From positions 4,650,001-4,714,000 of the forward strand of contig NC_043020.1 of the NCBI RefSeq assembly GCF_006345805.1: DNA of 64,000 nt, in the 5' to 3' direction. Both the position numbers and the translations under genes were made by a program. Positions 63,469 through 64,000 of this stretch are shown piece by piece. The notes below the pieces were generated by a model. The model did not search any database, was not told the origin of the DNA, and saw only the letters and a list, made by a program, of their open reading frames with translations. Source of the stretch: Octopus sinensis (taxonomy: Eukaryota). How positions within the stretch are numbered: position 1 is the stretch's first letter; each line of letters opens with the position of its first letter.

Positions 63469-64000
63469 GTACAAATATGTATATACACACACATTTCTGT
63501 GTATGCGCGCACAGATGGCTACATATACAGATGCATGCATATGCATATGTATGCCACACACACACATAGTTACAAGCTTACGTATACAAGGTATTCGGGA
63601 TACATATTTTATGCCTATTTTTTTTCAGGAAGGGCTTCAGGTATTGTTGAACAATCAACGGCGATGGAGAGCATAAAGATTAAAGTTTAAGTTGATCAAA
63701 CGTTTGCTGACTTGAAACACTGAAAGCCATTGGAAGACAAATACCTATATCAGGACGATTTTCGCCGGATGTCACATTGCTGGCATTATGACTGCTGCTC
63801 GATACACTGTGAACACTACAAAGGTTGTAAGACATGGATATCATGAAAACCAAGTTGCCCTAAACTGTGATGGTCAGTGGGTGTGTCTCCTGTGTGGGTG
63901 AAGCCATGCCGTTCCACACTTTTGGAAAGGGTCTAAGGCTTACTTCAGATGGTTATGTGACGATACTGGAGACTGTATTGAAACCCTGGCTGGGGATTGT

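Overview
Eukaryotic, microsatellite- and retroelement-rich genomic DNA. The SINE types and repeat landscape look cephalopod/octopus-like, which is my inference from recognition. The dominant structure is a ~29.7 kb head-to-tail array (16420-46085) of 13 same-strand Tx1/L1-clade non-LTR retroelements. Eleven are short ORF1-only elements: eight near-identical ~1.77 kb type A copies, two type B copies and one intact A' copy with a 467-aa ORF. Two are full-length ORF1+ORF2 (APE endonuclease-RT-CCHC) elements, C and D. All share a ~50-bp 3' tail ending in a small CTTGT-loop hairpin plus AATAAAA, and every 3' end abuts the same CRTGKMGGAAAK motif. The array interrupts a decayed ORF1 fragment of a related element, which itself appears to lie inside a small Helitron-like element (A|TC...hairpin-CTAG|T). 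A second, independent pair of ORF1-only Tx1-like elements (10129-14161) is inserted in tandem at one site of a tRNA-derived SINE with 14-bp target duplications, and carries the same 3' hairpin with compensatory changes. The rest consists of R4/Dong-like RLE LINEs in (TAA)n tracts, a CR1/L2-like LINE, a deleted mariner, SINEs, two minimal hammerhead-like motifs, foldback repeats and at least one minus-strand host exon encoding a transmembrane helix.
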